Positions 51,150 through 61,482 are shown, numbered from the stretch's first letter. The stretch: 64,000 bases of DNA from a bacterium (GCA_963675755.2 CAXXMD010000003.1:2912001-2976000); one strand, 5' to 3'. Numbers and translations: made by a program. The notes: a model not told the origin generated them from the letters alone.

Positions 51150-52544
51150 CTAGTTATGTATTTCTGTGCGTTTCAAAAATAATGCCCTTGATTTACCATA
51201 TTCGGCAAAAGCTCTCCAATCCTGTCTTTCTTCTTTCACTTTGATCATATTTTTCATAATGTCCATTTCAGCCAGCATGCTTTGGAAATTTTGACGTTCG
51301 GTCTGGATTTGTCTCATCAATTCATTACGAGTTTGATTTATCTCGTGTTTTTCCAGCTGTAAATAATCTGGCGCTTCAGTATCAGGCGTTAATTGGATCA
51401 GGTTGAGCAATTTTGTTTCAAGTACCAGTAAATCCATTTTAATTGATTCCAGTCTTCTTTCCTGAATATGAATACTGGATTCTACTTCGTTGACAATCAT
51501 GGGTACTAGCTCACGCTTTGGTAAGCTATTTACCAAATATTCGTATACTTTGAGGGCTTCATCGTATAACCCTAATTTTAAATAACATCTTCCCAATAAA
51601 AAGAAACCTTCCTGGGTATTTTCATCTTCATTCGGCATGGATACCAGGTCAGTTAATGGATCTACCGCAAGTTGATATTGTTTCATCTTGGTTGCGGCCC
51701 ATCCTGCAGCTAACAACGCACTTTTATAATGGTTATGTTTTGAAGATACTGCTCTGAAATTACCCAAAGCTCTCTGGTAATAACCCAATTCATAATAGAT
51801 ATAACCGAGTGTCAGGTAGGTTTCATCAACAATATTTCTAAAATCATCATTAACGATAGGTATACGAAGAATTGAATTGAGTGAATTAACAGCTTCTCGA
51901 ACCTGACGCAAGCGCAAGTATGCAAGTGCTGCTGTATATTGTGCATATGGTGAATAGGGATTTCCCTTGTCAATCTCGGTCAATATTTCAATGGCTTTGT
52001 CATAATCGAACAGGTTGTAATAAGAAAGACCCGCGTAATATCTTGAAGCATCAAGAATGTCTCTTGAAGGATTACCTTTGGTGATGACTTTATAGAATTC
52101 GATACATTTTTCCAGATTGCCTTTATCATATTCTATTCGTTGAAGTCCTAGTAAAGCTCTGGGTAAATGAGGACTGGCAATATATTTTTTTACAAGGAAT
52201 TTAAAAATCTTTTTCGATCCATCTAGCAACCCAATTTCAAATAGACAATCACCAAGTGTAAAAACAACCTGATCGATCTTGGAGTAACTGGGGTAAAAGT
52301 CCATAAGGATAATCAGATTCCGTGAGCTTTCCCAATAATCTCCATCCATAAACATTTTTTCAGCCTCAAGATAAAGCTTTTCAGCCGCACGCTCTAGCTC
52401 TTCTGTTTCTGCTCTTTGCAGTCTGGCTTCTTTATCTTCCGGTTGAGAATATACAGCGGTTGGGAGTAAAGTCCCCCCAAGCATAATTGCTATAATTGCT
52501 GCAATCCACATTTTGGACTGTTTGGATTTATCTAAAAGGGTCAT
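51150..52544 (-). CDS. Exported TPR protein, GltC-like, with C-terminal coiled coil
   Basis: Signal peptide, TPRs, LTLGYIYYELG..ALLAAGWA pattern; inside the Agl-Glt-like cluster. Confidence 0.6.
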   Translation of the reverse strand: MTLLDKSKQSKMWIAAIIAIMLGGTLLPTAVYSQPEDKEARLQRAETEELERAAEKLYLEAEKMFMDGDYWESSRNLIILMDFYPSYSKIDQVVFTLGDCLFEIGLLDGSKKIFKFLVKKYIASPHLPRALLGLQRIEYDKGNLEKCIEFYKVITKGNPSRDILDASRYYAGLSYYNLFDYDKAIEILTEIDKGNPYSPYAQYTAALAYLRLRQVREAVNSLNSILRIPIVNDDFRNIVDETYLTLGYIYYELGYYQRALGNFRAVSSKHNHYKSALLAAGWAATKMKQYQLAVDPLTDLVSMPNEDENTQEGFFLLGRCYLKLGLYDEALKVYEYLVNSLPKRELVPMIVNEVESSIHIQERRLESIKMDLLVLETKLLNLIQLTPDTEAPDYLQLEKHEINQTRNELMRQIQTERQNFQSMLAEMDIMKNMIKVKEERQDWRAFAEYGKSRALFLKRTEIHN

Positions 52545-52663
52545 TCGATTCTTGCTTCAAGTTGTTTGTTATATAAATATATGCCTATTTTTGCAGCACT
52601 ATTTAGAGTTATAATGTATGAATATACTCACATTAAACATCATATACGTAAATATTTTTTAAT

Positions 52664-53695
52664 TTATTCAGTTTTAGGTTTCTTTTCTTCTTCAAGTTGT
52701 TTCCGAAGTTCTTCAAGATCTTTGACAACTTCTTTACGTTTTTGTTGTATTTGGTCCAATTCTTTACGCTCTTCCTGGCGCTGGTTATCCATTTCTCTTT
52801 CTTTGCGGGTTTTACCTGCAAAGATATTGGTACGGTATGTCACTCCAAACATGACTTTCCAATCTGCATAATCTTTCATGAATGGGTTGGCAGCCAGGTT
52901 TTCATTTTCCGGGGTGAATCTGCCCAATTCAAAATCAGCAGCCAGATCACAAATCAAATGCCAGGGACCAACAAATCTAAATCCCTGTGTGAAGCGAGTA
53001 AAGTTTTGACTTGGAGTAATATCAGCATTATTGATAAACATTTCACCTGTAAATTCAGAATAGAACAGAGATGATCTTACCGGGAATTTGAATCCGAGAC
53101 CGCCTATGATCTGATCTTTTTCTGAGGAAAAGTAGGCATCAGACCAGTTGTTATCCAGATAGCCCAGGTTGATTGACAACTTCATTGGAAATGTTTTGAT
53201 ATAATCTTTGAAATCCAGCGTAGACAACAACATTAAACCCCAACCCATAGCATCATCCGTATAGGGTTCAAATTGTACATTGTGATTCAAAGCTGTTGGA
53301 AACTTGGCAAAACCAGCAAGTCCCAATTGTACCATTGAACCGTATCGGGGTAGGTGATATTTTACATACAAGCGAGAATCACCAATAGGACCCCAGGTGT
53401 GCTTTTGATCATCCTGGTAAGGGGTCAGTTGTGCAAATACTTCAAATTGTTCTGAAAGGCTAGTTGTAATACCCAAATGTAAAGCATGATCTTCACTGAA
53501 ACTTTCGTTATCTCCGGCACCGTAAAATGAATACACAGGATTAATTGCCAAAACACCCGGATGTATGGTTTCAGCTTCAATAATTCTGAACAAACCTTTG
53601 CCACCAAAATAAGAAACCTGTGCAAAGCTATTCATTGAAAAAAGTATAATGAAAATAAAAAATATTGATCCAATATTTGTCAATTTCCTGTTCAT
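52664..53695 (-). CDS. Putative outer-membrane beta-barrel with a charged C-terminal coiled coil
   Basis: Signal peptide (SFA-Q), GKGLF..AET start, GDSRLYVKY-type strands, E/K-rich tail. Confidence 0.55.
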   Translation of the reverse strand: MNRKLTNIGSIFFIFIILFSMNSFAQVSYFGGKGLFRIIEAETIHPGVLAINPVYSFYGAGDNESFSEDHALHLGITTSLSEQFEVFAQLTPYQDDQKHTWGPIGDSRLYVKYHLPRYGSMVQLGLAGFAKFPTALNHNVQFEPYTDDAMGWGLMLLSTLDFKDYIKTFPMKLSINLGYLDNNWSDAYFSSEKDQIIGGLGFKFPVRSSLFYSEFTGEMFINNADITPSQNFTRFTQGFRFVGPWHLICDLAADFELGRFTPENENLAANPFMKDYADWKVMFGVTYRTNIFAGKTRKEREMDNQRQEERKELDQIQQKRKEVVKDLEELRKQLEEEKKPKTE

Positions 53696-53822
53696 TCTCT
53701 ATTCTCCCTTGTTCGGAGTTAAATATAATAAATGTATTGTAATACTTGACTAAACATATAATTTAAAACTTGTATTGCAAAATTCCAATAATAAATTTAG
53801 TTTTGGGATTTTTTCAATAACC

Positions 53823-55979
53823 CTACAACATCCCAAACTTTTTGCGCAAAAACCATTCCAATGAAAGCAAAGTGATTATAGTTATTAGAATTATTTTATG
53901 GTTCCAAACATCTACTTGAAAAGTGTTTGTGATTTCCCGAGTTTGACCATCAATTTCAGAAAAAAGTAAATTCAAAGAATCAGGATGTATAAATTTCCCA
54001 CCGCTTTTTGCTGCTAACTCTTTTAAAACAGAGACTTGGAGCCTTGTGTTTGCCAGCTCAGAGTTATAATTGCCCATGCTGAAAAGGGCTGTATTGTGCT
54101 TGTCCTTAGGCAGGGAGGGTGTTTCAAGATTTAGCTGGTAATCACCAGACTCGTCCAGATAGATAGTTTTTGTAAATTGATTTTCTTTGTTAGGGTCCAA
54201 TTGCAGGTACTCTGTTTCATTTTCGTGATCAAGCTGTAATGTGATTTCATTTTTGTAATTGCTAATTGCATCTGGGTTATTGATGCTTACATGAATATGA
54301 ACGGGATCACCAAAGTTGTAATTCTTTTTATCTGTAGATATTTTTAACCAGTCAGTCTCTTTTTTTACTTCAAGCCACTGTAGAGAATTCAGAATAAAGT
54401 TCTCGTAAACCTTGTCATCATTTTCTACCCCTCTCATCATCAAGTCCCAACGCCATGTATCATATGCCAGTAACGCTTCAGATTTGTGATTGTTTTCATT
54501 TCTCACAAGAACCAAAGGTAGTGCTTGTTGTTCTAAAGCACCTGTTCCTGCCTGCGCCAAAACCTGTGTTCCCGGCCACATATTGGTTATATATACATCT
54601 GTAAATGCAGGTGGAAGCTTTTGCCAGTTGTAATAATTATCACCGGATGCATTTGTGCTCAGCATTATGGGGTGGCTTTTACCATTAGCAGTTAACGTTG
54701 GAGAAATTTGAGTGAATTTTGTTTTGTTAACAGGTGATTTAAAAGGCAGAAATTCTTGCAGGCTACTCAACTGATTAAAGTCTGTATTGGGGCCAGAAAT
54801 AAAAAAGATCGGTTTTTTATCCGCTTTCAAGCGTTCAGATATTTGATTGATAATTGATTTATTACTGTTTGTAACAGGATAATTAAATAAAATAAACAGA
54901 TCTGTTTCTTGTAAAAGTGTAGGCACATCTATTTCAGTTTTATAAAAACTGCCATCTTTTTTTTGAACAAGTTTGGTTATTTGATAACGATCCGTATTTT
55001 GAATATATCTGTTAATAAAAGAAATATCCGTGGCTGGGCCACCGGCAACAAGTGTTACATTTTGTTTGGCTTTTAATACTTCATGATAAATTGTATATGT
55101 ATTATTTTGGCTTAGAAATTCATCTGACTGCTGAGGAATTGATACGGTTACTTTATGCTGTCCTTCTTTTTCCGGAGTGTAATTCATTTCAAGATTAACT
55201 TCGGAAGGAGAGGAGGGAATGGTTAAGGTTTGGGTCTGTTGAGATTTTCCATCAATGTACAAGGATACGGGAACTACCAGATTGCTAAAACCTGTAGTGC
55301 GGATTGTAATAATAAATTCTGCAGGTTCATTTACATATGTAAAGGGATTGGTTTGAACATAGTCGATGCTGATATCCCGAATGGGATTCGCAGAACCAAT
55401 ACCCACCGGATATACAGGGATTGATGATTCTGTAGCAAATCGGGCAGGACTGCCACCTTGATTATAATTTCCATCGGTATAGATAACAATTGCTGAGAGA
55501 TTATTATTTTCCTGATCCTGATTGATGTAATTCAATGCTTTGCTGATATTGGTGACATCGCCTGTGAAATCTTGAATGATTTCTTTATTCTCTTTAACAG
55601 GTTGAACATCACCAGAGAATGTATAATATTTTAACTTGAACTTGTTTAATAATTGATCAAATACAGGATCATTTGCAGCTTTTTCTAAAAGACTGACACG
55701 GTCACCACTGGCATCTTTTATTGACATGCTTTTGCTGTTATCTATTGCAATGCCAATAACCGGTTCAAGCTGTTTTTTGGTATTGTAATAAAGTTGCCCC
55801 TGAAATAGTACAATGAATAACAAGAAAAAAGCGATCCCGCGTAAAAATGCAAGGATAAGTTTAGAGTAAAGTGGTACAGCCGGAACTGTTTTGCGATAAA
55901 CAAATAAAGTAAATATTATTGAGATAATAAGGGTAATGATAAAAATTTCGATGTGTTGTATAAACAAGCTGTAATGCAT
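53823..55979 (-). CDS. Membrane-anchored vWA-domain protein (BatA/GATase-like associated family)
   Basis: IDNSKSM (MIDAS DxSxS), YTDG, TWRW, ELAAKSGG, EWFLRKKFG. Confidence 0.75.
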   Translation of the reverse strand: MHYSLFIQHIEIFIITLIISIIFTLFVYRKTVPAVPLYSKLILAFLRGIAFFLLFIVLFQGQLYYNTKKQLEPVIGIAIDNSKSMSIKDASGDRVSLLEKAANDPVFDQLLNKFKLKYYTFSGDVQPVKENKEIIQDFTGDVTNISKALNYINQDQENNNLSAIVIYTDGNYNQGGSPARFATESSIPVYPVGIGSANPIRDISIDYVQTNPFTYVNEPAEFIITIRTTGFSNLVVPVSLYIDGKSQQTQTLTIPSSPSEVNLEMNYTPEKEGQHKVTVSIPQQSDEFLSQNNTYTIYHEVLKAKQNVTLVAGGPATDISFINRYIQNTDRYQITKLVQKKDGSFYKTEIDVPTLLQETDLFILFNYPVTNSNKSIINQISERLKADKKPIFFISGPNTDFNQLSSLQEFLPFKSPVNKTKFTQISPTLTANGKSHPIMLSTNASGDNYYNWQKLPPAFTDVYITNMWPGTQVLAQAGTGALEQQALPLVLVRNENNHKSEALLAYDTWRWDLMMRGVENDDKVYENFILNSLQWLEVKKETDWLKISTDKKNYNFGDPVHIHVSINNPDAISNYKNEITLQLDHENETEYLQLDPNKENQFTKTIYLDESGDYQLNLETPSLPKDKHNTALFSMGNYNSELANTRLQVSVLKELAAKSGGKFIHPDSLNLLFSEIDGQTREITNTFQVDVWNHKIILITIITLLSLEWFLRKKFGML

Positions 55980-56000
55980 AATTTATCTATATCCTTAATC

Positions 56001-57005
56001 TCAATTGCCTGCCAGTGCAAGGTTGGGCACAGCATCCAATTCAAAATCTGACAATTCTCCATTCTGTAAATGATAGTATCCGGCACGGGCAATCATGGCT
56101 GCATTGTCTGTACACAGCTCTGGGTCGGGTACATAGAAATTAACTTTAGAATTTTCGCAATGTTCCTCAAATGTTTTTCGAAGTGTATTGTTTCTTACAA
56201 CACCACCAGCAAGGATGAGTGTTGAACAGTTGAACTGTTCAAGTGCCTGAATGCTTTTTTTCAAGAGCACATCAATAACCGCATATTGAAAACTTGCACA
56301 GATGTCTGGAATTGACAAAGGATTATTTTTTCTTTTTTCTGATTCTATATAATATAATACAGATGTTTTTAATCCACTAAAGCTAAAGTTGAAATTATTT
56401 TTTTCCATCAAAGCACGTGGAAAATCAATGGCATTGGGATCACCTTGCTTTGCTGATTTTTCAACTGCCGGACCGCCCGGGTATCCTAAACCAATGATCT
56501 TGGCGACTTTGTCAAAGGCTTCACCTGCTGCATCGTCAATAGTTTGTCCTATGATTTTGTAATCGAGCGGACTTTTAATATGTACCAAAATGGTGTGCCC
56601 ACCTGAAGCAACCAGGCCAATAGCAGGGTATTGGATATTTTGTTCATTTGCATGCACTGCCAGCAAATGACCCTCAATATGATTCACGCCAATAAAAGGA
56701 ATGTTTAAACGAAGAGCAAGGCTCTTTGCAAAACACATTCCAACCAGTAGAGAGCCTGCCAGTCCCGGTCCATTTGTTACAGCAATAGAATCTATTTCCT
56801 GATACGAGATACCGGCATTTTTTACAGCAAGCTGTACAATAGGGACTATTTTTTGTATGTGGGCGCGTGATGCAAATTCGGGAACGACGCCACCATATTG
56901 CTCATGAATATGCTGAGTTGCAATAATATTACTTTTTATATGTGTATCATCAACCAGTGATGCGCTTGTTTCATCACAGGATGTTTCTATACCTAAAACG
57001 ATCAT
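56001..57005 (-). CDS. tsaD: tRNA t6A threonylcarbamoyltransferase
   Basis: LGIETSCDET, HIEGH, SGGHT, DDAAGEAFDK, CTDNAAMIA. Confidence 0.97.
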   Translation of the reverse strand: MIVLGIETSCDETSASLVDDTHIKSNIIATQHIHEQYGGVVPEFASRAHIQKIVPIVQLAVKNAGISYQEIDSIAVTNGPGLAGSLLVGMCFAKSLALRLNIPFIGVNHIEGHLLAVHANEQNIQYPAIGLVASGGHTILVHIKSPLDYKIIGQTIDDAAGEAFDKVAKIIGLGYPGGPAVEKSAKQGDPNAIDFPRALMEKNNFNFSFSGLKTSVLYYIESEKRKNNPLSIPDICASFQYAVIDVLLKKSIQALEQFNCSTLILAGGVVRNNTLRKTFEEHCENSKVNFYVPDPELCTDNAAMIARAGYYHLQNGELSDFELDAVPNLALAGN

Positions 57006-57008
57006 TTA

Positions 57009-57974
57009 TCAGTCTCTTTTTAAAATTATTTTAAAGCGTTGCGGCTCAATATTCGTAAAACGGACACCGGGTAATGGTTTTATATAAGCGGGAAAATTTT
57101 GTTGACTGTTCGGTCTTTGTTTTTGATAATCAATATAAGCATCTATATCTGTTTCATTAATTGGAAACACTACATTTACACCACCCTGAACTACAAGAGA
57201 TAGGTTTGAGGGGATTACCAGTGCTGTAACATTAGGTGGCAGGTTTTTAACTTTGACTGTAATATTATTAATCTGTTTTTCCATTAATTTTTGAACATCA
57301 GCGCTAACTGTCACTTTGGTTGTTAATAAATCAAGATGTTGAATTTGTGGATCAATCAGTTCAAGTTGTCTTTCAATGGGGTATTTCAGGTCACTCAGTT
57401 CAAGACGTTTTGATTGGATTGTATCTATAGAATCAATCATAGATTTAGGAGCGCGAATCAATACCTCTTCCGGCTCGACTTTAACTTCATCAACAATTGT
57501 AAATCCATTTTGAGGCTTTAAAAAGATTTCTGTTTTAACCTTTACAGACTTTGTTTCTAATTTTTCAATATTAAGCTGCAAAGAGTCTGGCTCCAGATAT
57601 TTTAAAACAGAGATCTTTTTTGCATTCCCCGACAATGAAATGTTTTCCAAAGTTGGATGGATTGTGTGTAAGCCGGGTTCCCAATTGGGTTCTATACGCA
57701 GCTTACCTTCATTAAAGAGTAGGTAGGTCAATAAATGAATGCCTTGACCACGCAGCAATACCTTGCCGGTTTTTTGGTAATCGTTTGTTACAATATAATC
57801 GTTACGAGTACCCGGACAAGTGATTTGAATAGGGGCTTCATAATCAAAAGTTCCACCGGTAACAATAAAAAACCATACAGTGGTTGCTATAAAAGTTGAG
57901 GCAATTTTAACCCGGTGTTTCTCCCAAAAGTTATTGTTTCGGGAAAACAAGACATTTTTATTCAATAAATTCAA
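57009..57974 (-). CDS. YbbR/CdaR-like repeat membrane protein
   Basis: N-terminal TM followed by YbbR-like repeats (VEPEEVLIRAP, PSNLSLVVQG). Confidence 0.7.
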   Translation of the reverse strand: MNLLNKNVLFSRNNNFWEKHRVKIASTFIATTVWFFIVTGGTFDYEAPIQITCPGTRNDYIVTNDYQKTGKVLLRGQGIHLLTYLLFNEGKLRIEPNWEPGLHTIHPTLENISLSGNAKKISVLKYLEPDSLQLNIEKLETKSVKVKTEIFLKPQNGFTIVDEVKVEPEEVLIRAPKSMIDSIDTIQSKRLELSDLKYPIERQLELIDPQIQHLDLLTTKVTVSADVQKLMEKQINNITVKVKNLPPNVTALVIPSNLSLVVQGGVNVVFPINETDIDAYIDYQKQRPNSQQNFPAYIKPLPGVRFTNIEPQRFKIILKRD

Positions 57975-58025
57975 TTTCGGCTAACCGATAATTATCCGCT
58001 AAAGCAACATATGCATAAAATGCTA

Positions 58026-58217
58026 TTATTTGGTTGATTCCTTGATACCTTTCCCCAAGCTGATTTCTCCATTGTCAATGCGGATATTGAAACCACAGTC
58101 CGGATTAGTGCAAACCCAGGCTTTATATTCAATGGTTGCTCCATCTCTTCCGTAATCTGAAAGCGGGACCAGAATGCCAACATTGCATTTTAAACATTTA
58201 GGATAACTGTTTTCCAC
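58026..58217 (-). CDS. Small zinc-ribbon protein (63 aa)
   Basis: CLKC...CTNPDC; GTG start after AAGGA. Confidence 0.7.
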   Translation of the reverse strand: MENSYPKCLKCNVGILVPLSDYGRDGATIEYKAWVCTNPDCGFNIRIDNGEISLGKGIKESTK

Positions 58218-58355
58218 GGTATTTTCCTTATATTGTGGTAAATTTTTACTTTAGGAAACACTTAATTTAGTAAAATAATTCATCTGAATTATAAAATCAA
58301 CTCTTTTTATGCAAATATTTAAGTTTTTACCAGATAGTAAAATAAAGGAAAGGAT

Positions 58356-58380
58356 AAAAGGGGAAATAAGATTTCCCCTC
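58356..58380 (-). terminator. Terminator after rplI
   Basis: AGGGGAAAT-AAG-ATTTCCCCT stem with a T tail on the - strand. Confidence 0.7.
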
Positions 58381-58415
58381 GAATTTTCCTAATAAATAGA
58401 AAAACCAAAAAGCAA

Positions 58416-58859
58416 TTAGGAGCGTACTACCCAAATTTTAATTTTAACTTCAACTTCGGGATGTAATTTTACAGGAACATCGTAAACACCCAAAGCTTTC
58501 AGTGGTTCTTCAAGAATGATTTTTTTACGATCAATATCGTAATTTTGTTCTTTGAGTAGATCAGCAATATTCTGATTTGTTATGGCGCCAAAAACTTTAT
58601 CATCTTCACCAACCTGAACAGAAGCAGTGATAGATACTTTTTCAAGTTTAGCTGCCAGTTCTTCAGCTTCCTGTTTGCCCTTGAGCGCTTTTTTCTCTAT
58701 CAATTTAATTTCTTCTTTAAAAGCTTTCATATTAGATGCAGTGGCAGCAATTGCTTTTGAAGAAGGGATTAAATAATTTCTGGCATAGCCGGTTTTTACT
58801 TCTACAACTTCTCCGGCTTTTCCCAGAGTTTCGATATTTTCTTTTAATATTATTTTCAT
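58416..58859 (-). CDS. rplI: 50S ribosomal protein L9
   Basis: MKIIL..LGKAGEVVEVKTGYARNYLIP. Confidence 0.98.
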   Translation of the reverse strand: MKIILKENIETLGKAGEVVEVKTGYARNYLIPSSKAIAATASNMKAFKEEIKLIEKKALKGKQEAEELAAKLEKVSITASVQVGEDDKVFGAITNQNIADLLKEQNYDIDRKKIILEEPLKALGVYDVPVKLHPEVEVKIKIWVVRS

Positions 58860-58877
58860 AGTCCCTTTCCCAGTTTT

Positions 58878-59099
58878 TTATTTCGTCAAGTCTGCAACAT
58901 ACGGAACTAGTGCGAGTTCTCTTGCTAACTTAATAGCAGATACAAGCTGGCGTTGATGTTTTGCACAAGTACCGGAAGTTCTTCTGGGAATAATTTTTCC
59001 CTGTTCTGTGGTGAAGCGTTGTAAACGTTTTTCGTCTTTATAATCAATGTAAAGAATTTTTTCTTCACAAAATCTGCACATTCGTTTCTTTTTGAGCAT
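58878..59099 (-). CDS. rpsR: 30S ribosomal protein S18 (Zn-binding form)
   Basis: CRFC, IDYKD, GKIIPRR, CAKHQR. Confidence 0.98.
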   Translation of the reverse strand: MLKKKRMCRFCEEKILYIDYKDEKRLQRFTTEQGKIIPRRTSGTCAKHQRQLVSAIKLARELALVPYVADLTK

Positions 59100-59115
59100 A
59101 TACACTCCTTTAAAA

Positions 59116-59655
59116 TTATAGATTTAGATTTTTGTAACCAAAATCAAAATCTGTAGGTTTTACTTTAATGTCATTGGGTTCAGAATCTCTACCTGCTTGT
59201 AGTTCCTCATTGTTTACATCATCATTTTGAGGTTTATCTTCAATAGCTTCAGTCTCTATATCCTTGTAACTATTTTGATCAGGCATGGTTTCCTCAACTT
59301 CCGTCAGTACCTGTCTATCTAGAAATTGTATTCTACGCGCTCTAATTTCAACTACATTTCGAGTTGTTCCATCTTCGTTTTTCCAGCTTCTGCTTTGCAG
59401 CTCGCCGTCAACAAGAATGGAACTGCCACGCTTTAAAACTTCATTACAGGCATCGGCAAGTTTGTGCCAGGCAACAATTCCGACGTAACATACGTTTTCA
59501 CGCCAGATACCAGAATTATCACGATACTTTCGGTTTGAGGCAATATAGAAATTTGCAACAGAAGTACCGTTGCTTGTTTTTCTGAACGTTGGATCACCTG
59601 TCAAGTTGCCTGCTATTAAGACATTGTTAATGTCGGGCATTTTTAGTTCAGACAT
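59116..59655 (-). CDS. ssb: Single-stranded DNA-binding protein
   Basis: [15 protein letters not shown] fold, [10 protein letters not shown]; rpsF-ssb-rpsR context. Confidence 0.95.
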   Translation of the reverse strand: MSELKMPDINNVLIAGNLTGDPTFRKTSNGTSVANFYIASNRKYRDNSGIWRENVCYVGIVAWHKLADACNEVLKRGSSILVDGELQSRSWKNEDGTTRNVVEIRARRIQFLDRQVLTEVEETMPDQNSYKDIETEAIEDKPQNDDVNNEELQAGRDSEPNDIKVKPTDFDFGYKNLNL

Positions 59656-59699
59656 AATTGGCTCCTATAACCAGTTCAATTTCTGGTGTTGCTGCAAGT

Positions 59700-60176
59700 T
59701 TATTTTTCTTCAGTTTCAGTCTCAGTCTCTGATTCTTGAGCTTTTTCTTCAGCTGCTGGCTCTTCTGCTGTTTTTACTTCTTCAGCAACAGGTGCCGCAG
59801 GAGCTGCTTTTGTTTCTTCTTTTGGTTCTTCAGCTTTTTCAGTAACTACTGGTGCCTGAGATAATTTTTTCTCAAGTGCTTTTAACGCCATAGTAGTTAA
59901 TAAAATGGTCTTGTAACGCAAGATCGATTCATTCAGGCGGTATTCGCGTTCAAGAGGTTTGATCATTGTCGGTAGTCCGTCAAAACGGATTAAGACATAA
60001 TAACCATACTGACGTTTTTTGATTTCATAGCTGAGTCTTTTTTTACCCCAGCGTTCAATTGTTTCGATTTGTCCGCCATTTGCAGAAATGAATTTTTCGT
60101 ATTTTGTAATAATATTATCAATTTCATCCGGCTTTAGAAGTGAATCGATGACAAATACAGTTTCGTATTTTCTCAA
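59700..60176 (-). CDS. rpsF: 30S ribosomal protein S6 with long acidic tail
   Basis: RKYETVF, WGKKRLSYEI, GYY. Confidence 0.96.
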   Translation of the reverse strand: MRKYETVFVIDSLLKPDEIDNIITKYEKFISANGGQIETIERWGKKRLSYEIKKRQYGYYVLIRFDGLPTMIKPLEREYRLNESILRYKTILLTTMALKALEKKLSQAPVVTEKAEEPKEETKAAPAAPVAEEVKTAEEPAAEEKAQESETETETEEK

Positions 60177-60178
60177 GT

Positions 60179-60778
60179 TTATTCCTCCTGATAGGATTTG
60201 GGTTTTAGTTTGGCATTGAAAATACTCATACTTTTTTCCAAACCATCGTTAATAAAACTGTTTACGGCACTGTTAACGTGCTCTAAAATATCTGCTAGTT
60301 CTTTACGTTCTGCCCTTGAAAACTTGGACAAAACAAAATGAACCATATTGTTTTTTAATTTTTCTGATCCAATACCTATACGAAGTCTGGGGATGTCAGG
60401 TGTTCCCATTTCCTGAATTATGGATTCAAGACCATTGTGTCCGCCTGAGCTCCCTTTGCCACGAATTCGAATTCTACCAAACTCGAGTGAAACATCGTCA
60501 TAGATAATTAAAACATGATCAGGGTTTATGTTATAGTCCTTTGCTATGGCCGATACTGCGAGGCCACTACGATTCATGTATGTCAATGGCTTTACGTATG
60601 TAAAGGTGAAGCCATCTTGATTTACGGTGTAAATTGTTGACATATATGAGTTGGTTTTCAAAGAACTTTTCATTGATTTTACAATAGCATCGATAGCCAT
60701 AAAACCAATATTGTGTCGGGTTTTTTTATACCGAAAACCGGGATTACCTAACCCAACTATAAGATAATGATCTGACAT
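60179..60778 (-). CDS. pth: Peptidyl-tRNA hydrolase
   Basis: LIVGLGNPG, TRHNIGF, TYMNRSG, GGHNGL. Confidence 0.97.
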   Translation of the reverse strand: MSDHYLIVGLGNPGFRYKKTRHNIGFMAIDAIVKSMKSSLKTNSYMSTIYTVNQDGFTFTYVKPLTYMNRSGLAVSAIAKDYNINPDHVLIIYDDVSLEFGRIRIRGKGSSGGHNGLESIIQEMGTPDIPRLRIGIGSEKLKNNMVHFVLSKFSRAERKELADILEHVNSAVNSFINDGLEKSMSIFNAKLKPKSYQEE

Positions 60779-60792
60779 GAATCTCTGAATAA

Positions 60793-61428
60793 TTATTCTT
60801 CATCAGAATCAGATTGTTTAAGAACTTCTGGCTCTGCAGCACCTTCTTCGCCTTCTTCAGACTCGACTGTTTCTTCAGCAACTCTGGGAGCGGTAACGGT
60901 AGCTACTACTGTATCATCTTCTGCAGAAAAAGAGAATTTATCATCTTTTAATACATCCAGATACATTGTGTCGCCAATATCAAGAGCAGAAACGTCAGCG
61001 GTAAAGTTCTCAGGAATGTCAGCAGGGAAACATTCAATTTCAACTTCACGAAGTACGTGTTGTAAAATACCACCACTGTTTTTTACACCTACCGATGTTC
61101 CGGTAAGATATACAGGTACAGTAACTTTGAGTTTTTCGTCAAGTTTTATACCCAGCAGGTCGATGTGGATTGGTTCCAAGCGAATAGGATCGTACTGGAT
61201 TTCACGAACCACGCATTTTTTTTCTTCTTTACCATCAAGTTTAACTGTTAACATACCGGATTCATGACCCGCAATGGCTTGAAGTGATTTTAGTTCAACT
61301 GAAAAAGGGATGGGCTCGGATCCATGGAAATAGAAAACTCCGGGAACTCTACCTTCTCTTTTCAGCTTTTTTGAATATTGTTTACCGGTTTCTGAACGGC
61401 GTTCAATATTTAATGAGATTTCAGACAT
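60793..61428 (-). CDS. rplY: 50S ribosomal protein L25 (Ctc long form)
   Basis: GRVPGVFY, HIDL, VGVKNSGG. Confidence 0.95.
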   Translation of the reverse strand: MSEISLNIERRSETGKQYSKKLKREGRVPGVFYFHGSEPIPFSVELKSLQAIAGHESGMLTVKLDGKEEKKCVVREIQYDPIRLEPIHIDLLGIKLDEKLKVTVPVYLTGTSVGVKNSGGILQHVLREVEIECFPADIPENFTADVSALDIGDTMYLDVLKDDKFSFSAEDDTVVATVTAPRVAEETVESEEGEEGAAEPEVLKQSDSDEE

Positions 61429-61482
61429 GTGTAAACTCCATTAATTATAGTCCGTTTGAAATGAATTGCAAAATAAAGTATA

